DNA of 20,243 bases, taken from NCBI GenBank assembly GCA_042216015.1, contig JBDGUI010000036.1, positions 1 through 20,243 of the forward strand. The letters are read 5' to 3'. Each line of letters opens with the position of its first letter. Position 1 is the first letter of the stretch. This DNA comes from Halodesulfurarchaeum sp. (GTDB lineage Archaea > Halobacteriota > Halobacteria > Halobacteriales > Halobacteriaceae). Shown one piece after another: positions 15,799-20,243 of this stretch. The notes under the pieces are model-generated. The model had not been told where the DNA came from. It made no database searches and worked only from the letters and a program-made list of their open reading frames with translations. A program made the position numbers and the translations under genes.

Positions 15799-16794
15799 TC
15801 AGGAAAGCAGCCCCAGGTCGAGGGGAACCTGTCCGTCGCCGTATCCCGAGACCGTCCCTTCGGGACCCAATCGATAGACGACTGCCGGGCGATGCCCGAC
15901 CGCCGGTTCGCGATTTCGGACCTGTTCCCACTCGTTATCGGTGAAACTCGTACAATCCACGAGCAGGAGCACCCCGCCGCCGTGGGCGTCGAGCTGGCCG
16001 TCGACCTTGGTTGCCGCCGTTAGCTTCACGGCTTCGACTGCCGAGTTTGCACTCCGCCGATGGGGCGGTGCCGGATGGGTCACCTCCGCGAGGTGGGCCC
16101 CATCCTCAGTTTCCACCCGGAAATCGAGTGAGTGGCCGGTCGAAACTGGCGCCTCAGGCTCGATGTCGTATCCGGCCGCATCCAGCAGGAAGGCCGCGTT
16201 GAACTCGCCCATCGCTGCAGTCATTCGGATCAGATTCAGTCCTTCCGAGGTACCGAGCTTCCCCGCCATGAGGTGGCGATAGTCGTCGAGGACGCCACTC
16301 GCGAGAAACGACTCGTAAAATTCGAGCGCGGGTTCGGCGTCCTCGATCGGGAATCCCGCCGCGTGCTCGGCGAAGAACGCGCGAGAAGTTTTCCGGCCGT
16401 CCTTCGAGAGAAACACGGGGAGGAAGAACCACGAGAGGTGTGGGTATTCAGATAGCCAGGGGGACTCCTCGTGGAGTTGGGCCAACAACTCGCGTTCGGC
16501 CCAATCGGCAATTGCCGAGGGGACATCCCCGAAGTCGTACTTCTCGGTCCGCCAGAGCACCTCCGGTGTCTCCGTGTTTCCCATCCAGAAGGCCTGCCCG
16601 TTCCCCCAGGCAAAGAGGGCGACGTCGCCGTTGTTCATCTCGAATCGACGCGCCTCGTACCCATCGGGCGGGGCAAACCAGGGGGTCGTCATCGCCGCAC
16701 CGAGCGCGTCGTCGAGAGACCGATAGATCCGCTTTTTCACCCGGTCTTCCGACCAGGAGTCCGTGGACCGCCGGAAACGTAACAGACTTGCCAC
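15799..16794 (-). CDS. Conserved haloarchaeal protein (DUF5784-like), probable GTG start
   Basis: Long acidic ORF with LRFRRS, WMGNTETP..LWRT, FFLPVFLSKDGR, MAGKLGTS; family name recalled, not searched. Confidence 0.7.
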   Translation of the reverse strand: MASLLRFRRSTDSWSEDRVKKRIYRSLDDALGAAMTTPWFAPPDGYEARRFEMNNGDVALFAWGNGQAFWMGNTETPEVLWRTEKYDFGDVPSAIADWAERELLAQLHEESPWLSEYPHLSWFFLPVFLSKDGRKTSRAFFAEHAAGFPIEDAEPALEFYESFLASGVLDDYRHLMAGKLGTSEGLNLIRMTAAMGEFNAAFLLDAAGYDIEPEAPVSTGHSLDFRVETEDGAHLAEVTHPAPPHRRSANSAVEAVKLTAATKVDGQLDAHGGGVLLLVDCTSFTDNEWEQVRNREPAVGHRPAVVYRLGPEGTVSGYGDGQVPLDLGLLS

Positions 16795-16838
16795 GACTGA
16801 CAGTAGGTCGCCACTCCGTTTACGCCTTCCCCTCGGTG

Positions 16839-17312
16839 TCAGCTCGTCTCGAGGGGGCGTTCCAAGACCACCCGCTGTGGGGTATACCCCCGCTCCCTGT
16901 ACCACTCGATGGCTGTTTCGTTCTCCGCCATTGCACTGATCGCCACGACGGCTGCGCCCCGGCTTTCGAGTTCGGTTTCGGCCCGAGAGAGCAACGCCGA
17001 TCCGACGCCGTGGCCGCGCGCTTGGGGTTTCACGTACACGTTTTCGATCACGCCCCGGATGACGGACTGCTCGTATACCCCCTCCTCACGGTAGTACATG
17101 ACAAAACCCAGGAGTTCCTCGCCCTCCCTCGATCGGGCGATGTCGAGCATGTTTCCCGCGGCGTACTGCCCCAGGAGGTCCCGGGCGACGGCACGGTTTT
17201 TGGCCCCCTCGATGTGGGAGCCATACGCTCGCTGTCCCTCGACGAGGTCCACCCAGCAATCGAGTACGTCAGGGATGTCCGCCGGTTCCGCTTCGACGAT
17301 TTCGAACTCCAT
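16839..17312 (-). CDS. GNAT family N-acetyltransferase
   Basis: IENVYVKPQARGHGVGSALL acetyl-CoA motif, NETAIEWYRERGY; TGATG overlap with pgk. Confidence 0.92.
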   Translation of the reverse strand: MEFEIVEAEPADIPDVLDCWVDLVEGQRAYGSHIEGAKNRAVARDLLGQYAAGNMLDIARSREGEELLGFVMYYREEGVYEQSVIRGVIENVYVKPQARGHGVGSALLSRAETELESRGAAVVAISAMAENETAIEWYRERGYTPQRVVLERPLETS

Positions 17313-18511
17313 CAGCTATCCAGGGCCTCGATCGCCGGGAGAGTCTGGCCGGTGAGCATGGCGAGTGCAGCCCCGCCGCCAGTGCTCACGTGGTCGAACC
17401 CCTCGATGTCGAATTTCCGGATGGCCCGTGCGGTGTCGCCACCGCCGACGACGCTGTATTCGGTCTCGGCGACGGTTTCGAACAGGCCCTTCGTTCCGAG
17501 CTGGAAGTTCGGGTTTTCGAAGACCCCGGCTGGACCATTGAGGATGGCCGTGCCGACCGACGCCAGACAGTCGGCGTACCGCTTGACGGTTCGGCTTCCG
17601 ATGTCCATGACGTCGCCGTCTTTCGGACTCGGGAGCTCCTCGACGCCGACCTCCGTTCGACCGTTTTCCCCCTCTACGGCCACGTCGACCGGGAGGTGGA
17701 TATGTTTCCCGTGATCCTCGAGGAGGGCCGCTGCCCGATCGATTTGCTCCCAGAAATCCTTCTCGAGGATATAGTCTGTGGCCTCCTCGCCGAGATCGAT
17801 TCCATCAGCCATCAGGAAGACGTTCGCAACGAGACCGGCCGTCAACACCTCGTCGGCCAACCCAGCTTCGATCCCGTGGCGGATGACGCGAATCGCGTCC
17901 GGAACTTTGGCCCCCCCGACGACGTACGCTCGAGGGGTGGGCGTCCGATCGATGTGTCCGAGGACGTCGATTTCCCGCTCCATGACCCGACCCGCGTACG
18001 CCTCGAGCACGTGCGAGAATCCGACGAGTGTGGGCTGGGACCGATGGGCTGCCGCGAACGCATCATTGACGAACGCGTCGAAGTGAGGCGCGAGCCGGGA
18101 AACGAGGTGGGTTTCGGCGGCGTGGGCCGGCTCGAATTCCATGTACTCCTCGCTGTAAAACCGCGCGTTTTCGAGCAGGAGGGCCTGTCCCGGGTCGAGC
18201 CCGTCGATGGCCTTTCGAGCTCCCGACGAACACGTCGCATCCGTGTACATCACGGGTGCGTCGAGCAATTCGTCGAACCGGGTCGCGTGGGACTCGAGTG
18301 ACTCGAACTCCGGCCCACCGGGCCGTCCCTGGTGGGCGATCACGGTCACGCGGGCACCGTGTTCGAGTAGCTCCGAAAGGGTGTCGACATGCGCTCTGAG
18401 TCTTGCGTCGTCGGCCAACTCCCCGTTTGCTGTGAGGGGACTGTTGATATCGACCCGAACGCCGACCGACGTCCCCGCCAGGGACAGGTCATCCAGGGTC
18501 CGTATCGCCAT
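17312..18511 (-). CDS. pgk: Phosphoglycerate kinase
   Basis: RVDINSP, AHQGRP, LLENARF, FVNDAFAAAHR, GGAKV, NGPAGVFE, GGGDT, HVSTGGGA. Confidence 0.97.
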   Translation of the reverse strand: MAIRTLDDLSLAGTSVGVRVDINSPLTANGELADDARLRAHVDTLSELLEHGARVTVIAHQGRPGGPEFESLESHATRFDELLDAPVMYTDATCSSGARKAIDGLDPGQALLLENARFYSEEYMEFEPAHAAETHLVSRLAPHFDAFVNDAFAAAHRSQPTLVGFSHVLEAYAGRVMEREIDVLGHIDRTPTPRAYVVGGAKVPDAIRVIRHGIEAGLADEVLTAGLVANVFLMADGIDLGEEATDYILEKDFWEQIDRAAALLEDHGKHIHLPVDVAVEGENGRTEVGVEELPSPKDGDVMDIGSRTVKRYADCLASVGTAILNGPAGVFENPNFQLGTKGLFETVAETEYSVVGGGDTARAIRKFDIEGFDHVSTGGGAALAMLTGQTLPAIEALDS

Positions 18512-18582
18512 GTATTGCAACGGTTCGTGGCGGGGTCCAAATGCGTTTCTGTGTCGGTCCGTTTCTCGGGTGCGGGACCGCG

Positions 18583-19134
18583 CTACACCGTCCGACAGTC
18601 GGGACACAGGAGCTGCCCGTCGACGTTGCGGAGGTCCTGGGAGAACGAGCCACACCCCTCACAGATGCTCTGGTTTGCATACCCGTCCTCGACGGCGGTG
18701 TCCCGGCTGTCTGCCATCGAGGCGGACTGCATGGTTCCGCTTTTCGTCTCGGTTTGCCCCGTCTGTTTTGCCGTCGCGAGGTCTCGTGCGTCCAGTACGC
18801 CAAAGATCTCCGCCCCGTCGGCGACCAGGACGTGACTTTGACCGGTCCCCACGAGCATTCTCGTCGCCTCTCCGATCGTCGTTTCGGGGGTCACGGCGGG
18901 GGGATCGGGATCCATGACCGTCGACACCGGCGTCGACTCGACGTCACCGCCGTCGACGAGGTGGTCAAGAATCTCCCCGGCAGTGAGCAAGCCCGCGGCT
19001 CGCTGGCCGCGCAGGACGACGGCGGCGGTTTCCCCGGACTTCCGCATGAGAGCAGTTGCCCCCAGCAACTCGTCGGACTCGCTCACGCCGACGTAATCCC
19101 CGGAGAGGAAATCACGCACGGGGAGTTGATTCAT
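18583..19134 (-). CDS. CBS-pair protein with C-terminal zinc ribbon
   Basis: Two CBS repeats (GLLTAGEIL; VTPETTIGEA..GVLDARDL), followed by CEGCG...CPDCR. Confidence 0.85.
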   Translation of the reverse strand: MNQLPVRDFLSGDYVGVSESDELLGATALMRKSGETAAVVLRGQRAAGLLTAGEILDHLVDGGDVESTPVSTVMDPDPPAVTPETTIGEATRMLVGTGQSHVLVADGAEIFGVLDARDLATAKQTGQTETKSGTMQSASMADSRDTAVEDGYANQSICEGCGSFSQDLRNVDGQLLCPDCRTV

Positions 19135-19264
19135 AGCTCAATATACCATCGATTCGCTCTAAAAGGTATCCCCGGTACCCTTATGGGGTGTGACAGTGTA
19201 ACATACATATTTGTCGGCGGCGAATTCGGGAGATTCAACTTGGCGGCACCCACCACCTCAGCCA

Positions 19265-19879
19265 ATGGATCGGCCGTACGCGATCGGAATCGCCGGCGGA
19301 ACCGGCGCCGGCAAGACCACGGTCGCTCGTGAACTCACCGAGAACGTCGGGGAAGCGGTGACGATCATCCCGCTCGATAACTACTACGAGGATCTCTCGG
19401 ATCTCTCCTTCAGGGAACGGCGGTCGGTCAACTACGACCATCCCTCCGCGTTCGAATGGGACTTGCTTCGGGAGCATCTCGACACCCTCCTCACGGGAGA
19501 TCCGATCGAAATGCCCCAGTACGACTTCGAGCGACATCTCCGCAAACCCGAACCGGTGACCGTCGAACCGTCGGCGGTGATCGTCCTCGAGGGAATTCTG
19601 GCCCTCTACGACGAGGGGGTGAACGACCTTCTCGACCTCAAGGTCTACGTCGAGACCGACGCGGACGTCCGGATCCTCAGACGCATCCGTCGGGATGTCG
19701 TCGAGCGTGGCCGGGATCTGGAGGGGGTGATCGATCAGTATCTCTCGACGGTCAAACCGATGCACGAGCAGTTCGTGGCGCCGACGAAAAAACGGGCCGA
19801 CCTGATCATCCCCGAGGGGGCCAACCGAACCGCGGTCGACCTGCTTCAGGAGAAGGTAAAGCGGGAAGTCGAGGGCTGA
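19265..19879 (+). CDS. udk: Uridine kinase
   Basis: IGIAGGTGAGKTT, DNYY, NYDHPSAF, EGIL, RRIRRDVVERGR, VKPMHEQFV. Confidence 0.96.
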   Translation: MDRPYAIGIAGGTGAGKTTVARELTENVGEAVTIIPLDNYYEDLSDLSFRERRSVNYDHPSAFEWDLLREHLDTLLTGDPIEMPQYDFERHLRKPEPVTVEPSAVIVLEGILALYDEGVNDLLDLKVYVETDADVRILRRIRRDVVERGRDLEGVIDQYLSTVKPMHEQFVAPTKKRADLIIPEGANRTAVDLLQEKVKREVEG

Positions 19880-19880
19880 C

Positions 19881-20192
19881 TCAGTTCTCCGGGGAAAACT
19901 CCCACAGACCACTGGCCCTGATCGCCTCACCGACGGCGCGATGAAAATCGGTTTTCGTCTCGAAGGAATCCTCGGAGCGGGGCTCGAAGATATCGGCCAC
20001 GCTGATGACTGTCCGATGATTGATGCGGACCGGTTTCTCCCCGTGGCGGTCGAGGAACGTCTCCGCGGAGAGGGGGAATGATTCCTTCGGCTCGAATTTC
20101 GAGAGCACGGCCATATCGAACCGCCGCATCCCGTTGCTTCCCTCCTCGCCGTCTGGATCGATGGGCCAGTCGGAATTTTCCCCCGATGCCAT
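19881..20192 (-). CDS. Conserved haloarchaeal protein (DUF5785-like)
   Basis: DWPIDPDGEEGS..MA..FPL..PVRINH..FHRAVG; family name recalled, not searched. Confidence 0.7.
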   Translation of the reverse strand: MASGENSDWPIDPDGEEGSNGMRRFDMAVLSKFEPKESFPLSAETFLDRHGEKPVRINHRTVISVADIFEPRSEDSFETKTDFHRAVGEAIRASGLWEFSPEN

Positions 20193-20243
20193 GGATGTCT
20201 CTACCCGTCCGGCCACTTTCAAGATTCCGCCCTCCAGAATCGG

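Noticed and set aside
19135..19264. Dyads in the CBS/udk divergent promoter (GGTATC..GGTACC; GACA..TGTC)
   Set aside because: Arms too short or imperfect to distinguish from chance

Overview
GC-rich, gene-dense chromosomal window from a halophilic archaeon (class Halobacteria). The basis is acidic proteins, archaeal aIF2-beta, aEF1-beta, Nop5/fibrillarin and DacZ, and TATA-like boxes about 25-33 nt before several start codons. Most of it is housekeeping: HhH-GPD glycosylase, aIF2-beta, aEF1-beta with a 57-aa zinc-finger gene missing from the ORF track, nop5-flpA-gshA, an HTH regulator, coaD, tRNA-Leu(UAG), dacZ-mscS, pgk and udk. An apparently accessory block of about 5.6 kb lies between tRNA-Leu and dacZ. 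It starts with a duplicated tRNA 3' end and a cluster of purine-rich G.A-mismatch/triloop hairpins with a 60-bp tandem duplication. It continues with thioredoxin-like, acylphosphatase, cyclase and SnoaL genes, then a fluoride riboswitch leading a two-gene Fluc/CrcB operon whose second gene is frameshifted. It ends with a divergent USP gene and a signal-peptide-less SoxB-like metallophosphoesterase (GNWD motif) head-to-head with dacZ. Family names come from recognising motifs, not from database searches.
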